Shown here: positions 1 through 9,316 of the stretch, piece by piece
Layout: every line of letters starts with the position of its first letter
Position numbering within the stretch: the stretch's first letter is position 1
NCBI GenBank assembly: GCA_002713205.1
Contig: PAVW01000020.1
Location: 9,349-41,348 of the forward strand
Length of the DNA: 32,000 nt
DNA from: Nitrososphaerota archaeon
GTDB lineage: Archaea; Thermoproteota; Nitrososphaeria; Nitrososphaerales; UBA57
Direction: 5' to 3'
Position numbers and translations under genes: made by a program
The notes under the pieces: generated by a model
What the model was told of the DNA's origin: nothing
What the model saw: only the letters and a program-made list of their open reading frames with translations
Database searches by the model: none

Positions 1-570
1 TGGCCCAATGTACGAGTCCCAATTATATGCATTTCCTTCAATGTTCCTGCATGTATCATTTAATTCAAAATCGATTTCTCCATCTTCTGGATTTATTGAT
101 AAAATAGAACATGCTACTGTACTAGGAAACAATTTACCATTAATCAGATTTAATCCATGAACATGTAATGCACCGCCTGTTATTGGTAATTTTCTATAAG
201 CTTCTTTCCAATCAAAATCCCATATATTTACCCACTTTAGATTTCCTGTTGAAGAATCTATTGCATATGTGTCTCTCATGTTGGTTGTAAAATATACTGT
301 GCCATTAATTACCAAAGGAGGCGTCATTGAACCTTCTGTTAAAGAAATCCCTTCTTGTTCATTAAATTCAGCAGCAGGAATTGGGTAAGTCCATTTCAAT
401 TCCAACATATGTGCGTTATCTGCGTTAATCTGATTCTGTGGTGAGTAGTTTGTTCCTCTCACATTGTGATTAATGAATTCCCAATTGCCTTGATTAGATA
501 ATGCTTGAATTTCTGATGATTGTGCTATTATGCTGAATAATATCAAAATAATTATTATAGTTATCTTCAA
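1..570 (-). CDS. PQQ-like beta-propeller dehydrogenase-family protein, N-terminal 190 codons (rest of gene lies left of the window)
   Basis: Not in the ORF track because it runs off the edge. The reverse-strand frame ending at nt 1 is open for 190 codons. It reads (L/M)KITIIIILILFSIIAQSSEIQALSNQGNWEFINHNVRGTNYSPQNQINADNAHMLELKWTYPIPAAEF...TPPLVINGTVYFTTNMRDTYAIDSSTGNLKWVNIWDFDWKEAYRKLPITGGALHVHGL..., colinear with the N-termini of the 625..2904 and 5331..7604 proteins. There is no ATG. TTG (complement of 568-570) is the first start after an in-frame TGA. Confidence 0.6.
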   Translation of the reverse strand, partial: MKITIIIILILFSIIAQSSEIQALSNQGNWEFINHNVRGTNYSPQNQINADNAHMLELKWTYPIPAAEFNEQEGISLTEGSMTPPLVINGTVYFTTNMRDTYAIDSSTGNLKWVNIWDFDWKEAYRKLPITGGALHVHGLNLINGKLFPSTVACSILSINPEDGEIDFELNDTCRNIEGNAYNWDSYIGP

Positions 571-624
571 TTTCTTACCAGAATATCACAATTATAATAT
601 TTAGAATTTGATGTTTTTTTGTTA

Positions 625-2904
625 TTATATCTTATTTGTTAATTTTATGATTTTTATAATGGATATTCCAATTATTATAATTACTACAGAACCTAATAAT
701 ACATTATAGAATTGTTCATCGAACCAATAGTTATCCCCCGAATCACTTTCTAAAATTCTTGATTCTGCTTTTTTCTCCTCTATTTCTTGTTTCTCAGGTT
801 CTGGTTCTACTGGTACTGGCGCTGCGGGTGCTGGTATTTCAACACAATCACCTCGTACTCCTGCTTCGCAAAGAGAATCAACACCCGATGATGCTGGTTC
901 ATTTATTTTTTCAATATAATTATCAGGTAAACCAAAAGAAAATATAGCCCCCGGAATGTTTTGTTTTGTTATACCTCCTATTGCATAAGCTCCTCTTCCT
1001 CCACTAATCACAAATAATCTTGGTTCCCCATCAATTGTTTTTCCTATTGTTGGTAATACTAATAATGAATTACTAAGAAATATATTATCTAATAATTGCC
1101 CATTGTCAGCATCAAACATATACAAATTTCCATCTGCCGCAGGCAAATATACGACTCCGCCACTTACCATTACTCCGCCCCTATATGCAACTCCATCAAT
1201 AAAATAACTCCATTTTACTTTACCTGTTATTGCATCAACTGCATATAGCGTAACATTTTTTGGTTGCGTATCGAGATAATAATCTTCACCTGGTTTGTCT
1301 CCTAGACTTCCATATTGTCCTGCTTTTATTGCTTTATCTACTCCTCCTGCGACAGGAAGAAAAATTGTTTGTTTATCCATATCTACTGCAATATCTGCTT
1401 CTCCTGCTCTTGCTGGAATCCAATAAAACCAATCCTTTGATGGATAATTCAACCATTTCTTTTCCTGCATGTCATAGTAACTCATTACATTATTCCAATA
1501 TCCATCCTGAGTATTTGGATCACATCCTATGCAAGGATGACCCGAAGTTCTTCCTCTTATCGCTCCATCTGGATCTGTTCTACTTTCTAGTAATGGTGAT
1601 TCAAATATCCACAATGGTTCACCAGTAGCTGCATCAAGAGCCCAAAGTAGACCTGTAACAGAATACTTTAGTATTACTTTCTTTTCTTCACCATCTATTG
1701 TTAGTTTAGCGAGAACAGTATTCCAAGAACTGTCTCCTTCTACCATATCTCGTGGAACTTGTTGATACCACCAGACCATATCTCCTGTCATTACATCTAG
1801 AGCTATTGTAGATGCTGCATACAAATTCGGACCCGTTACAAATGTCTGATTAGGCCAACTGCCTTGATTTCCAGTACCAAAATAGACTATACCTGTTTCT
1901 TCATCAATTGCCATTTGACCCCAAATTGCTGCCACTGACGACGTAAAATGTTTTGGAACTCCCCAATCATTCATTATATTCTCCCTTGGAACGTCTATGC
2001 AAGGAATCCCGAGTTTACCTTCTTCTTTCCATTGCTTATATGAGAAGAACCATCCCTTGTCACATTCATGTAACGCCCATTCTGGATCTCCCTCTGCTGG
2101 TGGCGCTAAGAATTTTCTCCATAATCTCTTTGGAGGATCGAAGTCTAAATCATATGCATCTATAAATGCTCTACCGCCTCCCCATGATGCTGTAGCTCCT
2201 GTAATTGCCACTATTAGGATGTTCTCTTTTTGAAATATCGGACCTGGATGAGATGGGGAACCGTACTTCCCTATGCCGTTATATGATTGCCATGAATAGT
2301 TGTTTCCTTCAACATTACTGCAAATCTTGTTAATTTCAAATGATAATTCACCAGAAAGCGCATCTATTGCTTGAACTGAACAATTTAATGTACTCGAATA
2401 CAATAATCCATTTACATATTGTAAACCATGAATATGAGGTGCTCCTCCTGCAATTTCAGGTAAATCAGCTCTGGCTTTATTCCAATCGTGTTTGTATATA
2501 TTCAGCCAATTAAGATCTCCAAATTTTCCATCAAATGAATAAACATTTCTCATATTTGACGAAACAAATACATTCCCATCTACTATTAGCGGAGGTGTTA
2601 TTACGCCCTCGAATTGGATTCCTCCTGATTGATATCTTAAAAACTCTGACGCAGGTGGAAATGGATATATCCATTTTAATTCTAACATATTAACATTTTC
2701 TTTGTTAATGTCATTTTGTGGGCTATAATTACTTCCCCAGCTGTTATGATTTACAAATTCCCAATTTCTTTCTGCACGTTCTCCGCTAGGAATTGCCAAT
2801 AGGTTGTTATCTGCTTCAATAAACACTTTATTAAAAGTTGAAAAAATCAATAAGAACAAAAGAATTAGTATATATCCATATGAAAAATTCGTTATTGTTT
2901 TCAT
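625..2904 (-). CDS. Secreted, C-terminally membrane-anchored PQQ-like (quinoprotein-type) beta-propeller dehydrogenase-family protein
   Basis: Long ORF (track 625..2916 from a TTG; an ATG at 2904 gives MKTITNF... and is preferred). It has an N-terminal signal/TM segment. The quinoprotein-type N-terminal signature is ERNWEFVNHNSWGSNYSPQNDINKENVNMLELKW. PQQ-repeat motifs A-x-D-x-x-T/S-G-x-x-x-W recur (AIDALSGELSF, ALDVMTGDMVWWY, ALDAATGEPLWIF, AVDAITGKVKWSY, FDADNGQLL). A Pro/Glu linker (PAPAAPVPVEPEPEKQE) is followed by a C-terminal TM helix. No CXXCH haem motif. Confidence 0.8.
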   Translation of the reverse strand: MKTITNFSYGYILILLFLLIFSTFNKVFIEADNNLLAIPSGERAERNWEFVNHNSWGSNYSPQNDINKENVNMLELKWIYPFPPASEFLRYQSGGIQFEGVITPPLIVDGNVFVSSNMRNVYSFDGKFGDLNWLNIYKHDWNKARADLPEIAGGAPHIHGLQYVNGLLYSSTLNCSVQAIDALSGELSFEINKICSNVEGNNYSWQSYNGIGKYGSPSHPGPIFQKENILIVAITGATASWGGGRAFIDAYDLDFDPPKRLWRKFLAPPAEGDPEWALHECDKGWFFSYKQWKEEGKLGIPCIDVPRENIMNDWGVPKHFTSSVAAIWGQMAIDEETGIVYFGTGNQGSWPNQTFVTGPNLYAASTIALDVMTGDMVWWYQQVPRDMVEGDSSWNTVLAKLTIDGEEKKVILKYSVTGLLWALDAATGEPLWIFESPLLESRTDPDGAIRGRTSGHPCIGCDPNTQDGYWNNVMSYYDMQEKKWLNYPSKDWFYWIPARAGEADIAVDMDKQTIFLPVAGGVDKAIKAGQYGSLGDKPGEDYYLDTQPKNVTLYAVDAITGKVKWSYFIDGVAYRGGVMVSGGVVYLPAADGNLYMFDADNGQLLDNIFLSNSLLVLPTIGKTIDGEPRLFVISGGRGAYAIGGITKQNIPGAIFSFGLPDNYIEKINEPASSGVDSLCEAGVRGDCVEIPAPAAPVPVEPEPEKQEIEEKKAESRILESDSGDNYWFDEQFYNVLLGSVVIIIIGISIIKIIKLTNKI

Positions 2905-2921
2905 AAACACTACCAATACAT

Positions 2922-4526
2922 TTATCTCAAATATTTTTCCATGTAAGGTCCTTGAAGATGATATCCTAATTTTTTATAATATTCTCTTGTTCCAATGGCA
3001 CTTATAACGAGTATCTTATTACATGACTCTTTTTCTTTTGCAATTTTCTCTGCTTCTTCCATTAGTTTACTTCCCATTCCTTTATGTTGCCAACTAGACT
3101 TGTCTTTTTTTCCCAATGGAATTAGTTGACCATATACATGAAGTTCTCTGATTAGAGCTGTTTTTTCATCAATTTCTTTCCTATGTGCTAAAATTGAAGG
3201 AATTCGAAGTCTTGCAAAACCAATTAACGACTCACTTTTTTGCTCTTCCGCTGATATGAAATATTCATAACCTTTTGACGCTTCATATTTCTTCTTTAAT
3301 ATTTTTACATCTTTATGATTTATTTCAAATCCCTCTTTTAATTGTCTTAATCCGATTTCTCTACATCTAATACATTTACATTTGTAACCTTTTCTTCTCA
3401 TTTCTGCAATAATTAATTCTCGTATGTTGCCCTTATCTACTCCTGCTTCGATTTCTGATTTGGAAATTTCTCTTTGTATTCTCATTATTCTTACCCATTG
3501 CGGAATGTCTTTCTTAACTTCTGTTAATAAATTGATAACTGTTTGAGTATTGTATGGATCATACAATCCTTTTTGATACATTTTGTATAATCCAGTTCCA
3601 GGAACAACTAAAGTCGGATAAATTTTTAACATATCGGGCTTAAAATTAGATTCTGAAAATAAAGTTTTGAAATCTTCCAAGTCCTTATTGAAATTTGACC
3701 CAGGTAGTCCTGGCATCATATGAGCAACTATTTTAAAACCAGAATCTTTAGCTATTCTGAAAGATTCTATCACATCTTTTAATGTATGATCTCTGTTAGT
3801 GTGCTTATAGATTTCATCAGATAAAGTTTGTACGCCTATTTCTATTCGTGTAGCTCCAAATGATAGAACACTATCTATGTGCCGTTCTTTACACCAATCA
3901 GGCTTTGTTTCTATGCTAAGTCCTACATTTCTAACAATTGATTTTTCCCCTATTTTATGAGCTGTTTTTATATTATTGGAAACTCTTCCATTAAGAGCAT
4001 CAAAACAAGATTTTATAAAATTCTCCTGATAGTCGATAGGAAGATTCATGAAAGTACCTCCAATTATTAATAATTCTATTTTATCTATTTCATGTCCTAT
4101 TGCTTTTAATTGAATCATTCTATTTTTTACTTGATTAAATGGATCGAATTCAACTTCCAATGCTCGTATTGTAGCAGGTTCAGTAGGCAAATAGCTCTGA
4201 GGCGTTCCAATTTTTTCGCCGCCTGGACAGAAAACACAAACTCCATGAGGACAATTATATGGCTTTGTCATTACTGAAATCACCGCTATTCCAGATGCTG
4301 TTTTTGTAGGTTTTATTTTTAGAATTTGAGAATAATACTTTCGTTTATTTTTTGGAAGTATGTTAAATATTTCTGAATTACTTGGTATGTGATCCATCTT
4401 TTTATTTTTGACTATTTCTTTTTTTAATTCTTGTAAATTTTTAAATTGTAATGATTGATTTAAACCTAAATCTTCAGCAAGTATTTTTAAATTGTTTTTT
4501 ATAATTGTTTGTTGATACTTCGACAA
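2922..4526 (-). CDS. elp3: Elp3-family radical SAM / GNAT acetyltransferase (tRNA U34 carboxymethyluridine synthase homologue)
   Basis: 534 aa. Radical-SAM Cys cluster region KPYNCPHGVCVFCPGG...TPQSYLPTEPA. Second Cys cluster KCKCIRCREIG. C-terminal GNAT motif QHKGMGSKLMEEAEKIA. Length and domain order are typical of archaeal Elp3. Confidence 0.9.
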   Translation of the reverse strand: MSKYQQTIIKNNLKILAEDLGLNQSLQFKNLQELKKEIVKNKKMDHIPSNSEIFNILPKNKRKYYSQILKIKPTKTASGIAVISVMTKPYNCPHGVCVFCPGGEKIGTPQSYLPTEPATIRALEVEFDPFNQVKNRMIQLKAIGHEIDKIELLIIGGTFMNLPIDYQENFIKSCFDALNGRVSNNIKTAHKIGEKSIVRNVGLSIETKPDWCKERHIDSVLSFGATRIEIGVQTLSDEIYKHTNRDHTLKDVIESFRIAKDSGFKIVAHMMPGLPGSNFNKDLEDFKTLFSESNFKPDMLKIYPTLVVPGTGLYKMYQKGLYDPYNTQTVINLLTEVKKDIPQWVRIMRIQREISKSEIEAGVDKGNIRELIIAEMRRKGYKCKCIRCREIGLRQLKEGFEINHKDVKILKKKYEASKGYEYFISAEEQKSESLIGFARLRIPSILAHRKEIDEKTALIRELHVYGQLIPLGKKDKSSWQHKGMGSKLMEEAEKIAKEKESCNKILVISAIGTREYYKKLGYHLQGPYMEKYLR

Positions 4527-4607
4527 GATTTTAAATATTAATTAACTTTGGCTCTATATATTACTTCATTATATAAAGAATATTAATTTGTTCATTATAC
4601 ATGTAAT

Positions 4608-5219
4608 ATGTCTAGATATATAATTCTGTTATTGATATTTGTTCTTGGTTTATTTTCTGGTATATCTTCGAGCTATATTGTTTTTTATCCGCAAATTAAT
4701 TCGCTTAATACTTCCATTAACACATTTGCACAATTACAAATTAAACAAGATGATGTTATTCAATCTCTAGAATTAAGTAATAATTTACTCAATGAAGAAA
4801 TTAATTTACTCAAATTAAATAATTCACACTTGTTAGATCAATTAAATGAAACACAAATATTATTAGAAAAACTCCAAAATTCTTCGAATCAAATTGTAAA
4901 CTTTGAAAATTTAATTGAACCTTTGCAGGATCCACTTTTGGAAATTGTTGATAACTTTCAAAATTCAGAAATAATCATTAATAACCGGACTGCTTACCAA
5001 GTAACTGGAACAATTGTAAATTATAACACGGAAGCAGCTGAAAACATTCAGGTCCAAATAACTTGGTGGGTTTTAAGCGGTTGTGGTTGTGATTCTCTTC
5101 CACAACGCTCTGAAATAATCACAATTGAATCTATTTCTGGCCGTTCTTCTTTTAATATAGACGAAACATTTCATTTTTCATTCCCAAAATTTCAATTTTT
5201 ACGTATAGAAATTTTGTAA
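4608..5219 (+). CDS. Hypothetical N-terminally anchored protein with coiled-coil stalk
   Basis: 203-aa ORF. N-terminal TM (IILLLIFVLGLFSGISSSYIVF), an Asn/Leu/Gln-rich heptad-like segment, then a small C-terminal domain (WWVLSGCGCDSLP). No recognisable family. Confidence 0.5.
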   Translation: MSRYIILLLIFVLGLFSGISSSYIVFYPQINSLNTSINTFAQLQIKQDDVIQSLELSNNLLNEEINLLKLNNSHLLDQLNETQILLEKLQNSSNQIVNFENLIEPLQDPLLEIVDNFQNSEIIINNRTAYQVTGTIVNYNTEAAENIQVQITWWVLSGCGCDSLPQRSEIITIESISGRSSFNIDETFHFSFPKFQFLRIEIL

Positions 5220-5294
5220 AACTGTTTTTTTTACTTTAAATACCGTCTTTTTATGCTATAAACTACTGAAATGAATCTTTTTTTGTGTTTCTGG

Positions 5295-5312
5295 AGGGAT
5301 TTATATATATTT
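5295..5312 (+). promoter_or_regulatory. Putative archaeal BRE/TATA promoter of the 5331..7604 gene (leaderless or near-leaderless mRNA)
   Basis: ggagggaTTTATATATAT sits with the TATA centre about 27 nt upstream of the ATG at 5331. This is the usual TATA-to-TSS spacing in archaea. A purine-rich stretch lies immediately upstream (BRE-like). Confidence 0.45.
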
Positions 5313-5330
5313 TATTACTAAATCCAGTCC

Positions 5331-7604
5331 ATGACTCGACATTTAATAGCTAGTCTATTAGTAATTACACTACTTGTCGCAGCAGCTATATTCGTGATGG
5401 CTCCTAAAGCCAGTGCACAAAATGTAGCACCAGCTTTAGGTTCAACTAGAGCTGAACGTAATTGGGAATATATTAACGCAAACTCCTGGGGACATAATTT
5501 TAATCCTCAGACACAACTAAATTCCGAAAACATTCATCTCGCTGAGATGAAGTGGGTATTTCCAATACCTGATGCTGACTCGATAGGGTGTACTAACTTA
5601 AACGGGTTCTGTGGAACCGGTGGTATTGCACCTCCTCTTATTATAGATGGATATGCATACCTTGCCACTAATTACCAAACAATCTTCAAAATCGATATGG
5701 AAACTGGAGCTCAAGTTTGGTATAGTGAACGAACCGCAGACGGAGAAAGAACAGATATTATTGGTGAACAAGTACAATTCCATCGTGGATTAAATCCACC
5801 TGGTCTTCCAGTCTTTTCACTATCAGCTCACACACACTCAATGAACGCTTGGGAACTAAATGGTGAGATGGTCCTTTGGCTCAATTCCTTTGGTTGTACT
5901 ATTAAAGGAATTAGTGCTGAAACTGGTGAAGAAGTTTTCACTTTGTTAGAACATTGTAGAAATGTACCAACTAATTCTGGTTTGTACAACGCACAAGGTT
6001 CACATGCACCAGTTATTGACCGCAGTCACAATCAAATAATTGTAGCGGTTGGTGGACATATGGAAGGAAGTTATGGTGGCAGAGCATATGTAGCAGCATA
6101 TGATCTTGGCGCATGTAGCAGCTTCCCTTGTACTATTGATGCAACAACAGATACTCATCTGAATTGGAGATTCTTTTATCAACCTCCTAACGGTGAACTA
6201 TTCCCTGATGAATACAAAGCATGGGGTGAATGGTTAGTTGATAACTGCGCTGTAGGATGGATTGAAGGCGTAAATTCATGTGATGTCCCAGCAGAAGTTC
6301 TTCGATGGGACTGGTCAGGAATGCCTGGAACTTATAATGAGAAAACAGGTATGCCATTCAATGCAGGTGTAAGCAATATTTGGGGTGAAATCGTAGTTGA
6401 TGAAGAAAATGGTAGAGTATACTTCGGTACAGCTCAACCAGGACCTGATTTCAACACAACATTCACAAAAGGACCTCGTCTATTTGGTTCTGCCATAGTT
6501 GGTGTGAATACTGCTGACGGCTCACTTGGTTGGTATTTCCAAAGCTCCACAAAAGATGTTTGGGATATGGATTGTTCATGGAATACGACCCTCATGGATA
6601 TTGATGGTCGACGAACAGTCATTAAACAATGTAAACAAGGTCACGTTCATGCATTTGATGCAGCTACTGGTGATCCCATATGGATTACTGAAGTACCTGG
6701 TGTACATTTCTCCAAGTATTACTGCAATGCAGCATGTGATAACGGCGGTGGACCTAACAATGGTCTTAGAGGTCGTGGTGTACTACACTCTGTACCACTA
6801 GGTATAGATGGTCTAGGAGACAATGCAAAGAATTGGGCATTCTTTGATATGAGAGTACCTGAAGATGTCCTCAAACCATGGCAAAGTCACCCAGCACCTC
6901 AATCTCAAAGCTTCTGGCAAAATCCTAACGGTTCTGGATGTGCAGAAAATGATATCGCATTCGATGGTGATAGAGTATATGTTGCATGTAAGAATGAACC
7001 TGTATACATTCGAGCGATGAATGTAGATTTCAGATGTCATGCATTCACAGGATGCTTCATGGACAATAGAAACGACGATGCACCGTTCCCGCGAGAATTT
7101 AATCACACAGTTACAGCAATTGATGCTCGTACTGGTGAAGTAGTGTGGGACTTCTTTGTTGATACCGTTGCACACCGTGGTGGTGTAATAGCCTCCGGTG
7201 GAGTATCCTATTGGAATGGTTTCGATGGTAAACTCCGTGCAGTTGATTCAGCAACTGGTGAACTTCTTCATCAATTCAACTTTGGTACAGCTCTAGATAC
7301 ACAACCTATTATCGGTCAAACAGCTGATGGACAGACACGACTTATGCAATCCTATGGAGGCAGAGGTCTAACGAGTCAAGTACCATCACTCAGGGGTTCA
7401 GTACCAGGTGCTCTTACTGCATTTGGCTTACCTGATCAACTACCTGAAGGCGTTAGCCGAGAAGTAGAAGTTAGAGAGGTAATCAAAGAAGTAGAAGTAC
7501 CAGTAGAAACAATTAGTCCAATTTCTTATGTTGCAATTGGACTCGGCGTCGTATTAGTCGTCGTTGCTGGAGTTCTCTTCACAAGATCACGTCAAACAAC
7601 TTAA
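5331..7604 (+). CDS. Secreted, C-terminally membrane-anchored PQQ-like beta-propeller dehydrogenase-family protein (divergent, Cys-rich paralogue)
   Basis: 757 aa. Signal peptide ending ...APKASAQN. Same N-terminal signature as the paralogue (RAERNWEYINANSWGHNFNPQTQLNSENIHLAEMKW). PQQ-repeat motifs KIDMETGAQVWYS, GISAETGEEVF, GVNTADGSLGWYF, AFDAATGDPIWIT, AIDARTGEVVWDF, AVDSATGELLHQF. Glu/Val-rich linker and C-terminal TM (YVAIGLGVVLVVVAGVLF). 16 Cys versus 8 in the 625..2904 paralogue. Confidence 0.8.
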   Translation: MTRHLIASLLVITLLVAAAIFVMAPKASAQNVAPALGSTRAERNWEYINANSWGHNFNPQTQLNSENIHLAEMKWVFPIPDADSIGCTNLNGFCGTGGIAPPLIIDGYAYLATNYQTIFKIDMETGAQVWYSERTADGERTDIIGEQVQFHRGLNPPGLPVFSLSAHTHSMNAWELNGEMVLWLNSFGCTIKGISAETGEEVFTLLEHCRNVPTNSGLYNAQGSHAPVIDRSHNQIIVAVGGHMEGSYGGRAYVAAYDLGACSSFPCTIDATTDTHLNWRFFYQPPNGELFPDEYKAWGEWLVDNCAVGWIEGVNSCDVPAEVLRWDWSGMPGTYNEKTGMPFNAGVSNIWGEIVVDEENGRVYFGTAQPGPDFNTTFTKGPRLFGSAIVGVNTADGSLGWYFQSSTKDVWDMDCSWNTTLMDIDGRRTVIKQCKQGHVHAFDAATGDPIWITEVPGVHFSKYYCNAACDNGGGPNNGLRGRGVLHSVPLGIDGLGDNAKNWAFFDMRVPEDVLKPWQSHPAPQSQSFWQNPNGSGCAENDIAFDGDRVYVACKNEPVYIRAMNVDFRCHAFTGCFMDNRNDDAPFPREFNHTVTAIDARTGEVVWDFFVDTVAHRGGVIASGGVSYWNGFDGKLRAVDSATGELLHQFNFGTALDTQPIIGQTADGQTRLMQSYGGRGLTSQVPSLRGSVPGALTAFGLPDQLPEGVSREVEVREVIKEVEVPVETISPISYVAIGLGVVLVVVAGVLFTRSRQTT

Positions 7605-7610
7605 GATGAT

Positions 7611-7646
7611 AGTTGTCCCTCTGGGACAACTTCATATTTTTTTTTT
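7611..7646 (+). terminator. Stem-loop plus oligo-T transcription terminator
   Basis: Perfect 9-bp inverted repeat agttgtccc (7611-7619) / gggacaact (7623-7631) with a 3-nt loop. A run of 10 T follows at 7637-7646, six nt after the stop codon of the 5331..7604 gene. Confidence 0.6.
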
Positions 7647-7699
7647 CGATTAAATTCCTTCAGCTACACTTATTATTATAAAAACCAAAATAAATTTCA

Positions 7700-7999
7700 T
7701 TGAAAATAATTACTATTGGGTCACAAGCATTTATTTCTGGATTTATGCTATCTGGCGCAAGTGGAATACATGTAAAAAATTCTTCTGACGCTCTAAAACA
7801 GATTAATTCACTTTTAACTACAAAAGATATTGGTCTTGTTCTTATCAGTAATGAAATTTCAAAAGAAATCGAGGATGAATTGAATGATATTCGCTCAAAT
7901 AATCCCACGCCATTAATATATTCAATACCTGGTCCTGGTAGTAAAATTGACCAAGTTGACTATCGCGAACTAATCAAAAAAGTCTTAAAAATGTCTTGA
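7700..7999 (+). CDS. atpF: A-type ATP synthase subunit F
   Basis: 99 aa, TTG start. KIITIGSQAFISGFMLSGASGIHV...DIGLVLISNEISKEI...PTPLIYSIPG matches the subunit F pattern (short Rossmann-like protein, ...IP near the C-terminus). Confidence 0.75.
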   Translation: MKIITIGSQAFISGFMLSGASGIHVKNSSDALKQINSLLTTKDIGLVLISNEISKEIEDELNDIRSNNPTPLIYSIPGPGSKIDQVDYRELIKKVLKMS

Positions 8000-8004
8000 T
8001 TATC

Positions 8005-9195
8005 TTACATCGGTGTTAATTTAAATTTCTTATTTTCTCTTTTCTCTGAATCATTCCATGCCGATGATAATTTTTTCCCTGCACTGCCAATGATAGCTTC
8101 GATTTCTGTTTTATCTGCATATTTTTTAACATGATTTTCAACAGCTTGTATTCCGCTCTTAATTATTTTGTTTTGATATTCTTCTATTTTTCCATTATCG
8201 CAAAGTTGTGCTACATTAGGATCCAATGGTAATGAAACTATAAGTTTTGTACCTAATTTATCCGCAAATTTCTGACTTTCTGATTCTCCAAGTATGTAGT
8301 TGCGCTCTCCACATTTCTTACAACTCAAATATGACATATTTTCCACTAGACCTATTAGCGGGATGTTCAATGCTTTCGCCATATTTGCTGATTTACTGAC
8401 AATCATCTTTGCCAAATCTTGTGGAGTACTTACAATAACAACTCCAGATAAAGGTAAAGATTGAAAAACAGTAAGTGATGCATCACTAGTTCCAGGTGGT
8501 AAATCGACCAGTAGATAGTCCAAATCACCCCAATCAACATCTGAATATAATTGCCTGATTAAATTATTAATAATAGGTCCTCTCCAAATTGTTGGTCTTT
8601 CTGGATCGTCCAACATTAAATTTAATGAAATTATTTTTAAACCTGTGCTAGTTTCTGCAGGAATCATTCCATTTCTTCCTTTTAATATTCTTTTGGTAAC
8701 TCCAAATATTTTTGCTTGACTTGGTCCAGTAATATCTGCGTCAAGTATACCTACGTTATATCCTAATCTTTTTAATTCAGATGCAAATAATGCAGTAATT
8801 AGTGATTTTCCAACTCCTCCTTTGCCAGAAACAACAGCTATTATATTCTCATTATTTTTCTTTTCTAATCGTCCAATTAGATCTTTTTCTGATTTACCAG
8901 ACTTCTTTTGTACCTTTGTTTTCAGAATTGATAATTCTTCTTTAGACATTACAGTTGTATCTGCATTAACTTTGTTTATTCCCTGTAATTTGATTAATTC
9001 ATTTTTCACATCTCTTTTTATTGTATCAGCTAAAGGACATCCTGCAACAGTCAATGCAATTAATACGTCGACTACGTCATTTTTAATTTGGATTTTTTTT
9101 ACCATGTTAAGATCAATTATATTCATATGAATTTCCGGATCCATGACATTTGTTAAAGCGGTTCTAATTTCCTTTTCTGTTGACATGATTTTCAC
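8005..9195 (-). CDS. Mrp/ApbC/NBP35-family Fe-S cluster carrier ATPase with N-terminal DUF59-like domain
   Basis: 396 aa. N-terminal MIP18/DUF59-like segment (VMDPEIHMNIIDLNMVKKIQI...TVAGCPLA). Deviant Walker A SGKGGVGKS. ILDADITGPS, VDLPPGTSD. CxxC pair in YLSCKKCGERNYILG. Confidence 0.85.
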   Translation of the reverse strand: MKIMSTEKEIRTALTNVMDPEIHMNIIDLNMVKKIQIKNDVVDVLIALTVAGCPLADTIKRDVKNELIKLQGINKVNADTTVMSKEELSILKTKVQKKSGKSEKDLIGRLEKKNNENIIAVVSGKGGVGKSLITALFASELKRLGYNVGILDADITGPSQAKIFGVTKRILKGRNGMIPAETSTGLKIISLNLMLDDPERPTIWRGPIINNLIRQLYSDVDWGDLDYLLVDLPPGTSDASLTVFQSLPLSGVVIVSTPQDLAKMIVSKSANMAKALNIPLIGLVENMSYLSCKKCGERNYILGESESQKFADKLGTKLIVSLPLDPNVAQLCDNGKIEEYQNKIIKSGIQAVENHVKKYADKTEIEAIIGSAGKKLSSAWNDSEKRENKKFKLTPM

Positions 9196-9316
9196 TGATT
9201 AATTGGTATTGATATTATTAATTTTTATGATTATATAATATTGATTATATATTTTTGATTTGATAATTAACTATTAAATATAAATAGATAGTGGTTATTT
9301 TTACTAGTGATGTCTC

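Noticed and set aside
759-2233. Plus-strand ORFs 759..947, 1260..1628, 1953..2165 and 1997..2233
   Set aside because: They are antisense to the long, family-recognisable PQQ-like ORF. They are low-complexity and Leu-rich with no motifs, so they are shadow ORFs.
5598-7175. ORFs 5598..5783(-), 6000..6182(-), 6434..6622(-), 6526..6801(+) and 6813..7175(-)
   Set aside because: All are embedded in or antisense to the 5331..7604 coding sequence, which has clear homology signatures. They are shadow ORFs.
5331-7604. Horizontal transfer of the plus-strand PQQ-like paralogue, inferred from higher GC
   Set aside because: Third codon positions remain A/T-biased, and the minus-strand paralogue also shows locally raised GC. 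A Gly/Pro/Ala/Trp-rich composition explains it, and I cannot compute proper statistics here.
625-7604. Quinohaemoprotein (haem c-containing) dehydrogenase assignment
   Set aside because: There is no CXXCH motif in either complete paralogue. Only CxxCD motifs are present.
7660-7908. Minus-strand 82-aa ORF
   Set aside because: It is antisense to atpF, which has a recognisable subunit-F pattern.
8822-9130. 102-aa plus-strand ORF
   Set aside because: It is antisense to the well-supported mrp/apbC gene.
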